A DNA stretch of 64,000 bases from Dehalococcoidia bacterium. Lineage in GTDB: Bacteria; Chloroflexota; Dehalococcoidia; Lucifugimonadales; JAGWBF01. Both the position numbers and the translations under genes were made by a program. Shown in pieces: positions 30,068 to 42,490 of the stretch (its first letter is position 1; the number at the start of each line of letters is the position of its first letter). Location: positions 124,863 to 188,862 of the forward strand of contig CBDDBY010000002.1 in NCBI GenBank assembly GCA_965225925.1, read 5' to 3'. The notes beneath the pieces were generated by a model. It was not told where the DNA came from and ran no database searches. It saw only the letters and a program-made list of their open reading frames with translations.

Positions 30068-31039
30068 TCAAGCTCCGTAGACGGGTTTAGTCCAGGCAGA
30101 ATAGCGGGGGTCCGCCCCGCGGGCCGCATTTTCGAAAAGCTCTTTGAGGCGGGAGACCACGGGACCAGGCTCTCCTTCCCCGATTTTATACCTGTCAACG
30201 CTCACCACAGGCTGGACTTCCACCGCGGTGCCGCAGATGAAGACCTCGTCGGCGATGTAGAGCTCTGTGCGGTCCACGTCCCGCTCCACCACGGGCATGC
30301 CGAACTCGTTCTCCAGGAGGGCTTTACAGGCTTCCCGGGTAATGCTCTCCAGAATGCCGGCGCTGACGGGAGGGGTGATGGCCACACCGTCTCGAAGGAT
30401 GTAAAGGCAGGCATAGTTGGCCTCCGACACCTTGCCGTTCTGGTTCAGGATGATCCCAAAGTCGTAACCGTTGAGGCGGGATTCCGTCGAGACATACCGG
30501 CTATTCTGGTAGTTGCTGATGGCCTTGGCCCTAGGGGGCATCACGTTGTCGGAGATGCGGTTCCAGCTGCTCACGTTGCAGTGGGCCACTTTATACGTTC
30601 CCAGGGTGGAGGGAGCAGGCCGGGCCGTCACCAAAACCTCTCCAGGCTCCTCCAGCACAACCAGATATCCCGGCACCCCTCCCGGAAAGTAGGCCAGGGG
30701 CTGGACGTAAGAATCGCACTGGTATTCGTTGGCCTTCAGCAGAGAGAATATGGCTTCAGCCAACTCCTCCTCGGAATATGGGGACCCCATTCGCATAATT
30801 TTCATGGACCGGAACAGTCGCTTCAGGTGGTCCTACAGCTTGAAAACATAAAGCTCCCCTCCGTTAGGATTCCAGTAGGCCCGGATGCCCTCGAAAACCG
30901 CATATATGGCCGTCCAGCCCAGCATGGAAACATGGACGGTCGCTTTCTCCCATTCCACCAGCGTTCCCGAGTGCCACAGAAATTTCGGGTTCTCCGTGGT
31001 GGAAACCCCCGATTGCTTGTCTAGCTTCTGCTGGGCCAT
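30068..31039 (-). pseudogene. ilvE: Branched-chain amino acid aminotransferase interrupted by in-frame TAG
   Basis: N-terminal 68 aa (..WHSGTLVEWEKATVHVSMLGW..VFEGIRAYWNPNGGELYVFKL), then TAG at 30833-30835, then in the same frame DHLKRLFRSMKIMRM... and the remaining fold-type IV PLP enzyme body (..FICGTAVEVQPVVSVD..). Confidence 0.85.
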
Positions 31040-31200
31040 CTAATTCACAAGCCATTTCTTGGGCCGTTTTTCTCTCTCGATTTGGGACCGAGACCGCTAC
31101 TCATAAGCATTTTTAAAGGGGGGCCGGCAACTTGAGATAAGTTTATCATGGCAAAATAAGGGACGATATATAGAGTGTACACCACAGACAAATCCTCAGA

Positions 31201-31229
31201 TTGCAGGGGCCATGGGGGTGTGTTATAAT
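31201..31229 (+). promoter_or_regulatory. Candidate sigma-70-type promoter (TTGCAG-N17-TATAAT) for rpsO
   Basis: Hexamers at 31201-31206 and 31224-31229, 36 nt upstream of the rpsO ATG. Confidence 0.4.
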
Positions 31230-31264
31230 CCCCAGCAGAATAAAAGTAGAAGGCCCGGAGAGGC

Positions 31265-31531
31265 ATGATAGACAAGGACACCAAATCGTCGATCATCACT
31301 GAGTATCAGCAGCACGAAGGGGACACGGGATCGACGGACGTACAGGTAGCCATACTCACGGCACGGATAAGGCAGCTTACAGAGCACCTCAAGCAGCATC
31401 ATAAGGACGTCCACTCAAGGATGGGCCTACTGAAGCTGGTGGGCCAGCGCAGAAGCCTTCTGAATTATCTAACCCGCGAAGATGTAAGCAAATGCCGTTC
31501 ACTGATCACCCGCCTTGGCCTTAGAAGATAA
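31265..31531 (+). CDS. rpsO: 30S ribosomal protein S15
   Basis: 88 aa. [51 protein letters not shown]. Confidence 0.95.
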   Translation: MIDKDTKSSIITEYQQHEGDTGSTDVQVAILTARIRQLTEHLKQHHKDVHSRMGLLKLVGQRRSLLNYLTREDVSKCRSLITRLGLRR

Positions 31532-31561
31532 CCCCGAGGGCTCGGGGTTATTCTGCTTTTT
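31530..31561 (+). terminator. Rho-independent terminator/attenuator after rpsO
   Basis: AACCCCGA-gggc-TCGGGGTT followed by attctgcttttt. Confidence 0.6.
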
Positions 31562-31621
31562 CGGAACGTTATCAATTACTGGAACTTTATCATTTAGAAG
31601 TGAGGTCGTAAAACTTTAGCC

Positions 31622-33883
31622 ATGCGTGTGGAACGGGATATCGATGGGAAGAAACTGATCATAGAGACGGGGAAATACGCCGCTCAGGCCAATGCCGCCG
31701 CCACGGTGCGCTGTGGAGACTCGATTGTCCTAGTCACGGCCTGTATGTCTCCCCAAGTCAGGCCCAATATTGACTTCATGCCTCTCACGGTTGACTATGA
31801 AGAGCGGCTTTATGCAGGGGGGAGGATACCTGGCAGCTTCTTCCGAAGGGAAGGGCGGCCCGGGCAGGACGCCATCCTATTCGGAAGACTCATCGACCGT
31901 CCGTTGCGTCCCCTCTTCCCCAAGGGGTTTTACAACGATGTTCAGATAATCATCACCGTGCTCTCCGTCGACAAAGAGAACCCGCCCGAGGTCCTGGCCA
32001 TCATCGGCGCCTCCACGGCCCTCGCCATGTCCGACATACCCCTGGCGGAGCCGGTGGGGGCCACTCGTATAACCCACCTCAACGGCGGGTACAGCCTGAA
32101 TCCCACATACAGCGAAATCGACCAGAGTGACCTGAGCGTGGTTGTAGCGGGAACTCGGGACGCGGTCATGATGGTGGAGGCAGGCTCTCGGGAGGTTTCC
32201 GAGGGTGTGGTACTGGAGGCCATTCGCCGCGCCCAGCAGAACAACGTAACAGTCATTGACATGATAGATGAAATTGTGGCTTCGGAGGGTAAGCCAAAGA
32301 TAATCGTGGCCCCCAATGGGTCCCATCAGGACCTGGACGCGGAGGTCCAAACCATCCTCAACGGCAGGCTGGCAAACGCCCTGGAAGCCGGGGGGGACAA
32401 GGCCCAGCGAGAAAGGGCATTGGGTGAGTTGGAGCGGGAAGTTCAGGAGCGGCTCGCGGACAAATACCCCAAAGAGGCAGTGGCCGACTGCTTCGAGTCA
32501 ATCTTCAATAAACTGGCGCGCTCTAGAATCCTGGAAAAGGGATTAAGGGCCGACGGCAGGGGCCTTACCGATATACGCCCCATCAGCTGTGAGGTGGGGG
32601 TGTTGCCCCGCACCCACGGCTCAGGGCTTTTCACCCGGGGTCAGACCCAGGTGTTGACGGTGGCGACTTTGGGCTCCATGGGTATGGCCCAGAAGCTGGA
32701 CAACCTCAGCCCCGAGGGCTCGAAACGTTTTATGCACCACTACAACTTCACCCCATTCTCAACCGGGGAAGTGAAGCGAATAGGGACCGGGCGTAGGGAG
32801 GTCGGACACGGCGCCCTGGCGGAAAGGGCAGTGGAGGTGGCGGTACCCAGCGAGGAGGACTTTCCTTACACTATAAGATTGGTTTCAGAGGTGCTTAGCT
32901 CCAATGGCAGCACATCCATGGCCAGCGTGTGCGGAAGCACCCTCGCCCTGATGGACGCCGGAGTGCCCCTAACAAAACCCGTCGCAGGGGTGGCCATGGG
33001 CCTGATCATTGGCGAGGAAGGCCGCTCCGCCATACTCACCGATATCGAGGGGATGGAGGACCACCTGGGAGATATGGATTTCAAGGTGGCCGGCACCGCC
33101 GATGGGATCAACGCTCTGCAAATGGATATAAAGGTCAAGGGTCTGACATTTGAGGTTATGGAGAAGGCTCTAGCCCAAGCCAGAGAGGGCCGCCTGTTCA
33201 TACTGGACAAGATGCGGGAGGCCATCACCGAACCCAGGGACCACGTCAGCGAATACGCCCCCAAGATGTACCGGATGACCATACCCGTGGAGAAGATCGG
33301 AGCCCTGATCGGTCCCGGTGGACGAGTGATAAGGTCCATCCAGGAGGAATGCGGTGTGAGCATAGACACCGAGGACGACGGCACCGTGCTCATCGGCTCC
33401 GACAGTGACGCCATGATCCAGAAGGCCAGGAGCCGCATAGAAGGCCTTACCAGGGACCTGGTGGTGGGAGACATCTTCACGGGGAAGGTCCAGAGACTGA
33501 CGAGCTTCGGTGCTTTCGTGGAGCTTGTGCCCGGCAAGGACGGCCTGTTGCGGATGGAGGAGATGGGAGAGATGGAAGATGGGGGGCTCAAGCTGGGCCA
33601 GGAGCTCACGGTGATGGTGCAAGAAATAGACCATCTTGGGAGGATCAACCTCTCTCGCCGGACCCTGTTCGGCGGCGGGGATGAGTCCGGGGAAGCCCCA
33701 GCCAGACCGGCTCGGCCGCCCTTTGACCGGCCACAACAGGGTGGCCCTCGCCCAAACTTCAGTAGGCCAGGACAAGGAGGCGATCGCCGGCCATCCCCAG
33801 GGCAGGGAGACTCCAGGCCCATGCCAGGCCAGGATAGAAGGAATCAGCCCAGGCCACCCTTCCGCGGACCTCCCGCCAGATAA
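31622..33883 (+). CDS. pnp: Polyribonucleotide nucleotidyltransferase (PNPase) with Arg/Pro/Gly-rich C-terminal tail
   Basis: Two RNase PH domains, KH (IGPGGRVIRSIQEE) and S1 (GDIFTGKVQRLTSFGAFVEL). Conserved rpsO-pnp synteny. Confidence 0.97.
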   Translation: MRVERDIDGKKLIIETGKYAAQANAAATVRCGDSIVLVTACMSPQVRPNIDFMPLTVDYEERLYAGGRIPGSFFRREGRPGQDAILFGRLIDRPLRPLFPKGFYNDVQIIITVLSVDKENPPEVLAIIGASTALAMSDIPLAEPVGATRITHLNGGYSLNPTYSEIDQSDLSVVVAGTRDAVMMVEAGSREVSEGVVLEAIRRAQQNNVTVIDMIDEIVASEGKPKIIVAPNGSHQDLDAEVQTILNGRLANALEAGGDKAQRERALGELEREVQERLADKYPKEAVADCFESIFNKLARSRILEKGLRADGRGLTDIRPISCEVGVLPRTHGSGLFTRGQTQVLTVATLGSMGMAQKLDNLSPEGSKRFMHHYNFTPFSTGEVKRIGTGRREVGHGALAERAVEVAVPSEEDFPYTIRLVSEVLSSNGSTSMASVCGSTLALMDAGVPLTKPVAGVAMGLIIGEEGRSAILTDIEGMEDHLGDMDFKVAGTADGINALQMDIKVKGLTFEVMEKALAQAREGRLFILDKMREAITEPRDHVSEYAPKMYRMTIPVEKIGALIGPGGRVIRSIQEECGVSIDTEDDGTVLIGSDSDAMIQKARSRIEGLTRDLVVGDIFTGKVQRLTSFGAFVELVPGKDGLLRMEEMGEMEDGGLKLGQELTVMVQEIDHLGRINLSRRTLFGGGDESGEAPARPARPPFDRPQQGGPRPNFSRPGQGGDRRPSPGQGDSRPMPGQDRRNQPRPPFRGPPAR

Positions 33884-34012
33884 TGCCCTTTTAGCGGCTG
33901 GAACTTCAGAAAAAGCCGGCGTTGCGCTGGATACGGGTCCGTTGCTATTGATCTCATAGTCATCTATTTTCCTCACTAAAGGCTGTCCCGCTTCAAGAGC
34001 CGGAGGGATGAA

Positions 34013-34804
34013 ATGGGTTCTACAAGGGTTGCGGTTAATGGAGCTCTCGGCAAGATGGGGCAGGTGTTGGTGGCTGCTCTCTGCCAAGAGGCCGATATGG
34101 AGCCGGTGGCTGCGGTGGACTCGCTCCGGCAAGGCAACGTTCTCCAACTGCCCGACGGCTCGGGGACTATACCACTGTCAACAGACCTGGATGAGGTCCT
34201 AAACGCCTCCAAACCTCAGGTGCTGGTGGATTTTACCAGGGCGGGTGCCACCTTGACCGCCGTCCCGGTGGCTGCCAGACACGGGGTCAACCTGGTCATC
34301 GGCACCACCGGCATCACCGAGGAGAACTTTCAGGATATGGACCGGCTCGCCACGAAAGAAAACATCGGTATAATTGTTGCGCCCAATTTCGCCCTGGGGG
34401 CGGTGCTGCTGATGCACCTGGCGAAGCAGGCTGCACCTTACTTTGACTACGTTGACATCATAGAAATGCACCACGAGGCCAAGATAGACGCTCCATCTGG
34501 CACCGCCCTGGCTCTGGCCAGAACGATCTCCCAAGACAATCAATTCCAACGCAACTATCCGGAGAAGGAGCCGCTGGCGGGAACAAGGGGAGGAGAGTAC
34601 AACGGCGTAAGCGTACACAGCGTACGCATGGCGGGCAGAAATGCCCACCATGAAGTCATCTTCGGAACGGCGGGCCAGACGCTTACCCTGCGCCACGACA
34701 CCCTGGGGCGTGACTGCTACATGCCGGGGGTCATGCGGGCCATTCGAGAGGTTGTGAACCTGAAAGGTCTTGTGATAGGCTTGGATAAAATCTTGGGCCT
34801 GTAA
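34013..34804 (+). CDS. dapB: 4-hydroxy-tetrahydrodipicolinate reductase
   Basis: RVAVNGALGKMG...VIGTTG...APNFALGAVL...IIEMHHEAKIDAPSGTA. Confidence 0.93.
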   Translation: MGSTRVAVNGALGKMGQVLVAALCQEADMEPVAAVDSLRQGNVLQLPDGSGTIPLSTDLDEVLNASKPQVLVDFTRAGATLTAVPVAARHGVNLVIGTTGITEENFQDMDRLATKENIGIIVAPNFALGAVLLMHLAKQAAPYFDYVDIIEMHHEAKIDAPSGTALALARTISQDNQFQRNYPEKEPLAGTRGGEYNGVSVHSVRMAGRNAHHEVIFGTAGQTLTLRHDTLGRDCYMPGVMRAIREVVNLKGLVIGLDKILGL

Positions 34805-34825
34805 CAACCAGCAGGGTAGAGTTCG

Positions 34826-35890
34826 ATGAAGGAAGTCAGAATCGCCGTGGTCGGCGCCACCGGGGCCGTGGGCCGCGAGTTCATTAAAGTCCTGGAGCAA
34901 CGCCGCTTTCCTGCCCGCCTAGTCAGACTGCTGGCTTCCAGCCGGTCCGCCGGGACATCCATAGGGGTGGGCGACCTGGAGCTGGTGGTGGAGGAAACCA
35001 CCCCCAAATCCTTCCAAGACATAGACATTGCATTCATCTCCGTCAGCGCGGAGCTGAGCGGTCGGCTGGCTCCTGTAGCCGTCCAGGCCGGGGCTCTGGT
35101 AATCGACGACAGCTCCTATTTCCGTATGCAGCCCGGTGTGCCACTGGTGGTGCCGGAGGTGAATGGCCAGGACGTGGAGTGGCACCCGGGCATCATATCC
35201 GTCCCCAACTGCTCCACCACTCCCATGGTCATGGTGGCCAATCCCATCCACAGGTTAAATCCGGTCCTCCGCATAATCGCCGATACGTACCAATCGGTTT
35301 CCGGAGCGGGCGGCGCCGCTATGGTGGAGCTGCGGGAGCAAACCCGGAGCATTCTGGAGGGAGGCAACCCGGAAGCCCAGGCCCTGCCTCATCCCATCGC
35401 CTTCAACCTTATCCCCCGGATCGACAGCATCCTCCCCGATGGCTATACAAAGGAGGAGGAAAAGATGCGGGAGGAGACCCGCAAGATCTTGCATGCCCCC
35501 GGTATTTCCATTTCCGCCACCTGCGTGCGCGTCCCTGTGTACTTATCCCACAGCCTTGCCATGCACATAGAATTCCAACGACCCATCTCCCCAGAGGAGG
35601 TCCGGAAAATCCTGGAGGGGACGCCTGGGGTCAAGGTCCTGGACTCCCCCGAGGCCAATCTATACCCCATGCCCAGGGATGTGGCGGGCAGCGACGACGT
35701 CTACGTTGGGCGTATACGAAAGGACGCCTCCCATCCCAATGGCATTGCCATGTGGGTGGTTTCGGACAACCTCAGGAAAGGGGCGGCCCTTAACGCCATC
35801 CAGATCGCAGAAGAAGTGCTTCGCCGCGACTGCCTTGCTCCTTCACGGGGGGAGCATGCAGTAACACCAAATCCGACAGCGGGCGGTTAG
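34826..35890 (+). CDS. asd: Aspartate-semialdehyde dehydrogenase
   Basis: IAVVGATGAVG...VPNCSTTPMV (active-site Cys)...YQSVSGAG...VRVPV...SDNLRKGAALNAIQIAE. Confidence 0.93.
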   Translation: MKEVRIAVVGATGAVGREFIKVLEQRRFPARLVRLLASSRSAGTSIGVGDLELVVEETTPKSFQDIDIAFISVSAELSGRLAPVAVQAGALVIDDSSYFRMQPGVPLVVPEVNGQDVEWHPGIISVPNCSTTPMVMVANPIHRLNPVLRIIADTYQSVSGAGGAAMVELREQTRSILEGGNPEAQALPHPIAFNLIPRIDSILPDGYTKEEEKMREETRKILHAPGISISATCVRVPVYLSHSLAMHIEFQRPISPEEVRKILEGTPGVKVLDSPEANLYPMPRDVAGSDDVYVGRIRKDASHPNGIAMWVVSDNLRKGAALNAIQIAEEVLRRDCLAPSRGEHAVTPNPTAGG

Positions 35891-35960
35891 CTGTAGGATA
35901 CCGAGAGGTTGGGCCCGGTTTACCCGATGGTTAATCTACCGGAACACGAGGAGGGCCGGC

Positions 35961-36857
35961 ATGACCGATATAGGCAGACTTCTAACGGCCATGGCGACTC
36001 CCTTTGACCCTCAGGAACGGGTGGACTTCGCCCAAGCCGCAAGGTTAGCCACCGCCCTGCTAGACTCTGGCAGCGACGGAGTGGTGGTGTCGGGCACCAC
36101 CGGAGAATCTCCCACCCTGACCATGGAAGAAAAGCTGCGGCTGTTCTCCGAGGTCAAGGGCGCCGTCGGAGACAGGGGGGCGGTAATCGCGGGGACCGGG
36201 ACCTACGACACAGCCGAGAGTATCGAGCTCAGTAAAGAGGCCGAGATGGAAGGCGTGGACGGGCTCTTGCTGGTGGTCCCCTACTACAACAGGCCTCCCC
36301 AGGATGGACTATACCAGCACTTCAAGGCCATCGCCAAGTCAGTGCACATCCCCTGCATCCTTTATAACGTCACCAGCCGGACCAGCCTTAACATGAGCCA
36401 CGAAACCACCCTTCGCCTGAGCCGGATAGAGAACATCGTCGGCGTTAAAGAAGCGGGCAGCGACATGGACCAGATCGCCCGCATCATAGACGGTGCTGGC
36501 GAAGATTTCCAGGTGTGGAGCGGGAACGACAACGAGACCTTCTACATCATGGCCATGGGCGGCTACGGTGTTGTCAGCGTGGCCTCCCATCTGGTGGGCA
36601 ATCAGATCAAGCACATGATGGGCCTGCTGCTGGAGGGAGATGTAGAAGGGGCGGCTGGGGAGCATCGCAGGCTACTCCCACTTTTCAAGGCGCTGTTCGT
36701 GACGTCGAATCCCATACCCCTCAAGTATGCGCTGAACAAGATAGGTTTCGACGTGGGCCACCCCAGGCTCCCCCTGGTGCCGCCCGACGAAAAGTCCGCC
36801 GCACAATTAGACGAGGTGCTGGCACGCTACAACATGGACCTGCCCGTTCCTCAATAG
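35961..36857 (+). CDS. dapA: 4-hydroxy-tetrahydrodipicolinate synthase
   Basis: AMATPF...GVVVSGTTGESPTL...VIAGTG...PYYNRP...ILYNVTSRT...VGVKEA (Schiff-base Lys). Confidence 0.93.
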   Translation: MTDIGRLLTAMATPFDPQERVDFAQAARLATALLDSGSDGVVVSGTTGESPTLTMEEKLRLFSEVKGAVGDRGAVIAGTGTYDTAESIELSKEAEMEGVDGLLLVVPYYNRPPQDGLYQHFKAIAKSVHIPCILYNVTSRTSLNMSHETTLRLSRIENIVGVKEAGSDMDQIARIIDGAGEDFQVWSGNDNETFYIMAMGGYGVVSVASHLVGNQIKHMMGLLLEGDVEGAAGEHRRLLPLFKALFVTSNPIPLKYALNKIGFDVGHPRLPLVPPDEKSAAQLDEVLARYNMDLPVPQ

Positions 36858-36899
36858 GTCGTCTCCTCTGGGAACGGGTCCCCAAGGATTTGAAGGCGC

Positions 36900-37139
36900 A
36901 TGGGAAAGCTCGAACATTCGATGGAGAACGTCAGCGCCGTTGGTACGACCATCGAGAGGGGCCTGGCCCTGGTCAGGGTCAGAATCGATAACGAGATCCT
37001 GCCATCTTTGGTTATCTTTGGCGACGAAGGGAGCCGGCCGGTACTGGGAAGGATTACTATGGAGGAGCTCGGGCTATCGGTGGACGGGGTGAGTGAGGAG
37101 CTGGAGCGACCTATTTCTCCACCCCAGGACGACGTTTAA
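36900..37139 (+). CDS. Short ORF resembling the C-terminal half of a retropepsin-like (clan AA) aspartyl protease; possible remnant
   Basis: VRVRIDNEILPSLVIFGDEGSRPVLGRITMEELGLSVD resembles the C-terminal half of small clan AA proteases. No D[TS]G half is visible upstream. Confidence 0.25.
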   Translation: MGKLEHSMENVSAVGTTIERGLALVRVRIDNEILPSLVIFGDEGSRPVLGRITMEELGLSVDGVSEELERPISPPQDDV

Positions 37140-37178
37140 CCCAGCATTCACCCTCTACGGTGCTCCAGCCCACAACAA

Positions 37179-38462
37179 TTACAGAATGGGCTTTTTTAGA
37201 ATTGTCTCCCATCGCTTGGGGCCAGTGGAAACGAGATGCACCGGGGAGTCCACCATCTCTTCGATGCGATTCACATAGGCCACCGCCTCCGGCGGCAGCT
37301 CGGACATTTGGGTGGCGCTGGCCGTGGGCCTGTCCCAACCAGAAAGCTCCTCATATACGGGCTCACACCTTTCCAGCACCCCGATTCTCGATGGGAAGTG
37401 GTCTATGACCTCCCCATCAACCTTGTATCCCACACACATCTTTAGAGACGGAAAACCATCAAGCACATCTAGCCTGGTAATGACCAAAGATGTAAACCCA
37501 TTTATGAGGCAGCTGTAACGGGCTGCCACGGCGTCGAACCAGCCGATGCGCCTGGCCCTGCCGGTGGTGGCCCCGTACTCCCAGGCCTTCTCCCGGAGCA
37601 TGTCGCCGGTGTTATCCTCCATCTCAGAGGTCATGGGGCCGCTTCCCACCCTGGTGGAGTAAGCCTTATAAACGCCGGTGACGGCGGTAATCTCCCTGGG
37701 GCTAAGTCCCACGCCCGTGGAAGCACCGCCGATGGAAGATGACGACGATGTGACATAGGGATAGGTGCCGTGGTCCAGGTCTAGGAGGGTCCCCTGGGCC
37801 CCTTCCAGAATAAGCTTATGGCCTTTACCCAGCGTCTCCCGTACTATCATCTGTGTGTCCCGCAGGTGGGATCCAAGGCGCCGGCCCCATCTGACGCACT
37901 TGTCGTAGACCTCTTCCAGGGAGACGGGGTCTTCCCCGTAAACCCGGGTAATCATCGTGTTCTTGAACTCCACCACCTGCTTCAGCCGCGGCAGTAGAGA
38001 TGGAGGGTCCAAAAGGTCCCCGGCCCTGATGCCCACCCTGGCGGCCTTGTCCATGTATGCCGGCCCAACTCCCCTTCCCGTGGTCCCCAGGGCCGCCGCA
38101 CCCCGAGAGCGCTCCTCCAACCCGTCCAATAATATATGGTAGGGCATGATCAGGTGGGACCGCTCGCTGACGTACAGCCGCTTGGTGTCCACGCCCCTTG
38201 ACTCCAGTTCCTCCAGTTCCCCCAACAGCACGTCCGGGTCCACCACCACACCATCACCGATGATGCAGGTGACCTGGGGCCAGAAGATGCCCGAGGGGAC
38301 AAGGTGGAGGCTGAACTGCCCTTGCTCGTTGAGCACCGTATGGCCGGCGTTGCTGCCTCCGGAGTAGCGAACCACGCAGTGGGCCCTCTCTGCCAGGTAA
38401 TCCACTACCTTCCCCTTGCCTTCATCTCCCCACTGGGCGCCGATTATGGCGTGAGCCGGCAT
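37179..38462 (-). CDS. purA: Adenylosuccinate synthase
   Basis: GAQWGDEGKGKVVD, GGSNAGHTV, GTTGRGVGPAY and ATTGRARRIGWFD motifs. Confidence 0.96.
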   Translation of the reverse strand: MPAHAIIGAQWGDEGKGKVVDYLAERAHCVVRYSGGSNAGHTVLNEQGQFSLHLVPSGIFWPQVTCIIGDGVVVDPDVLLGELEELESRGVDTKRLYVSERSHLIMPYHILLDGLEERSRGAAALGTTGRGVGPAYMDKAARVGIRAGDLLDPPSLLPRLKQVVEFKNTMITRVYGEDPVSLEEVYDKCVRWGRRLGSHLRDTQMIVRETLGKGHKLILEGAQGTLLDLDHGTYPYVTSSSSSIGGASTGVGLSPREITAVTGVYKAYSTRVGSGPMTSEMEDNTGDMLREKAWEYGATTGRARRIGWFDAVAARYSCLINGFTSLVITRLDVLDGFPSLKMCVGYKVDGEVIDHFPSRIGVLERCEPVYEELSGWDRPTASATQMSELPPEAVAYVNRIEEMVDSPVHLVSTGPKRWETILKKPIL

Positions 38463-38839
38463 CGTTCCCCCACTGACGCTAGATTTCTCTCCAGGCCCGG
38501 ATCCGGTAAGCCACCGGCCCTCGACACACGAACTTCCCTAATCCCGGGTGAATGTTGAAGCAGACTGGGCACAAACCGATCCTTCTGGAGAATAACCCTG
38601 CGCAGTATATCAAAATCGATTTCCCTTGGGAAGGAGTGGGAGGTTATCGCCTCCTTCTGATGCCCCATTCCTTTCTCCAGAAACCATGGCTATGCTATAA
38701 TCCTTTTAGAGTGCCGCGAGACATGGAGACGCGAGGATAAGGGCTATACGTAATATACCCGCCTGATGTGGGTAGACCGGCCATAACGGGACTATATTAC
38801 CTCCAGATAAGCAAAGAAAACGGAAATTGGGGGCAAAGA

Positions 38840-39787
38840 ATGGGTCCTTTCGATGAACTTAAAGTGTTGACAGGCAACGCCCACCCCCACCTTGCCCAGA
38901 CGGTGTGCGATTATCTCAACCTCCCTTTGGGACGGGCCGAGGTATTCAAGTTCGCCAACGATAACACCTTTGTACGCATACTGGAGAACATCCGTCAGCG
39001 GGATGTCTTTATAATGCAGCCCACGTCTACACCCATCAACGACCACCTGATGGAGCTACTCATCATGATCGACGCTGCTAAACGTGCGTCGGCGGGCCGG
39101 GTAACGGCCGTCGTTCCCTTTTATGGGTACGGCCGTACCGACAAGAAAGACCAGCCGCGGGTCCCCATAACGGCCCGTCTAGTGGCCGACCTGCTCACCG
39201 CAGCCGGAGCAGACCGGCTGCTCACCATAGACCTCCATGCCGGGCAGATCCAGGGCTTCTTCAATATCCCAGTGGATGAGCTGACTGCGCTGACCATTCT
39301 CAGCAGGTATTTCCAGGATAAGGCCCTTAAAAACCCAGTGGTGGTGGCGACGGATATAGGTATCAGCAAACGGGCCAGGGATATGGCGGAGAGGCTGGGC
39401 GCCCCTCTGGCTATAATCGAGAAGCGCCGGGTCGGCAACGACGATAAATCCGAGATCCTGAACGTAATCGGTGATGTGGAGGGGATGACTGCCCTCACTT
39501 TCGACGACGAGGTGGATACAGCTGGCTCTTTGCTGTCGGCGGCGGTGGCTTTGAAGGAGCAGGGGGTGAAGGAAGTGTATGCCTGCGTCACCCATCCCGT
39601 GCTGTCGGGGGAGGCCGCAAGCAAGGTGGTGGGCGGCCCGATCAAAGAATTGGTGGTCACCGACACTATACCACTCCCTAAGCAGAAACTTAACGGAGTG
39701 ATCACGGTGCTGTCGGTTGCCCCCTTGCTGGGCGAGGCAATTCGGCGCATACACGAAGGACTCTCCGTGGGCGAGATGTTCGAGTAG
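38840..39787 (+). CDS. prs: Ribose-phosphate diphosphokinase
   Basis: LKVLTGNAHPHLA...VFIMQPTS...YGYGRTDKKDQPRVPI...DLHAGQIQGFF...FDDEVDTAGS. Confidence 0.93.
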   Translation: MGPFDELKVLTGNAHPHLAQTVCDYLNLPLGRAEVFKFANDNTFVRILENIRQRDVFIMQPTSTPINDHLMELLIMIDAAKRASAGRVTAVVPFYGYGRTDKKDQPRVPITARLVADLLTAAGADRLLTIDLHAGQIQGFFNIPVDELTALTILSRYFQDKALKNPVVVATDIGISKRARDMAERLGAPLAIIEKRRVGNDDKSEILNVIGDVEGMTALTFDDEVDTAGSLLSAAVALKEQGVKEVYACVTHPVLSGEAASKVVGGPIKELVVTDTIPLPKQKLNGVITVLSVAPLLGEAIRRIHEGLSVGEMFE

Positions 39788-39859
39788 CGAGAAACGGCGG
39801 AAGAGAAAGCCTCATACATCGGTACCCCCATGATGGGGGATAGGGATTAGGGTAGCAAT

Positions 39860-42481
<2,622 letters not shown>

Positions 42482-42490
42482 GCCCGTGCC

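Noticed and set aside
33884-34012. Lysine riboswitch upstream of dapB-asd-dapA
   Set aside because: The spacer is only 129 nt, and the conserved L-box core motifs are not recognisable.
38463-38839. Structured RNA or riboswitch in the 377-bp purA/prs divergent spacer
   Set aside because: Only a weak TTCTCC-N17-TATAAT promoter-like match and a short GCGAGAC/GAGACGCG-type repeat were seen. Nothing matches a riboswitch class I can recognise by eye.
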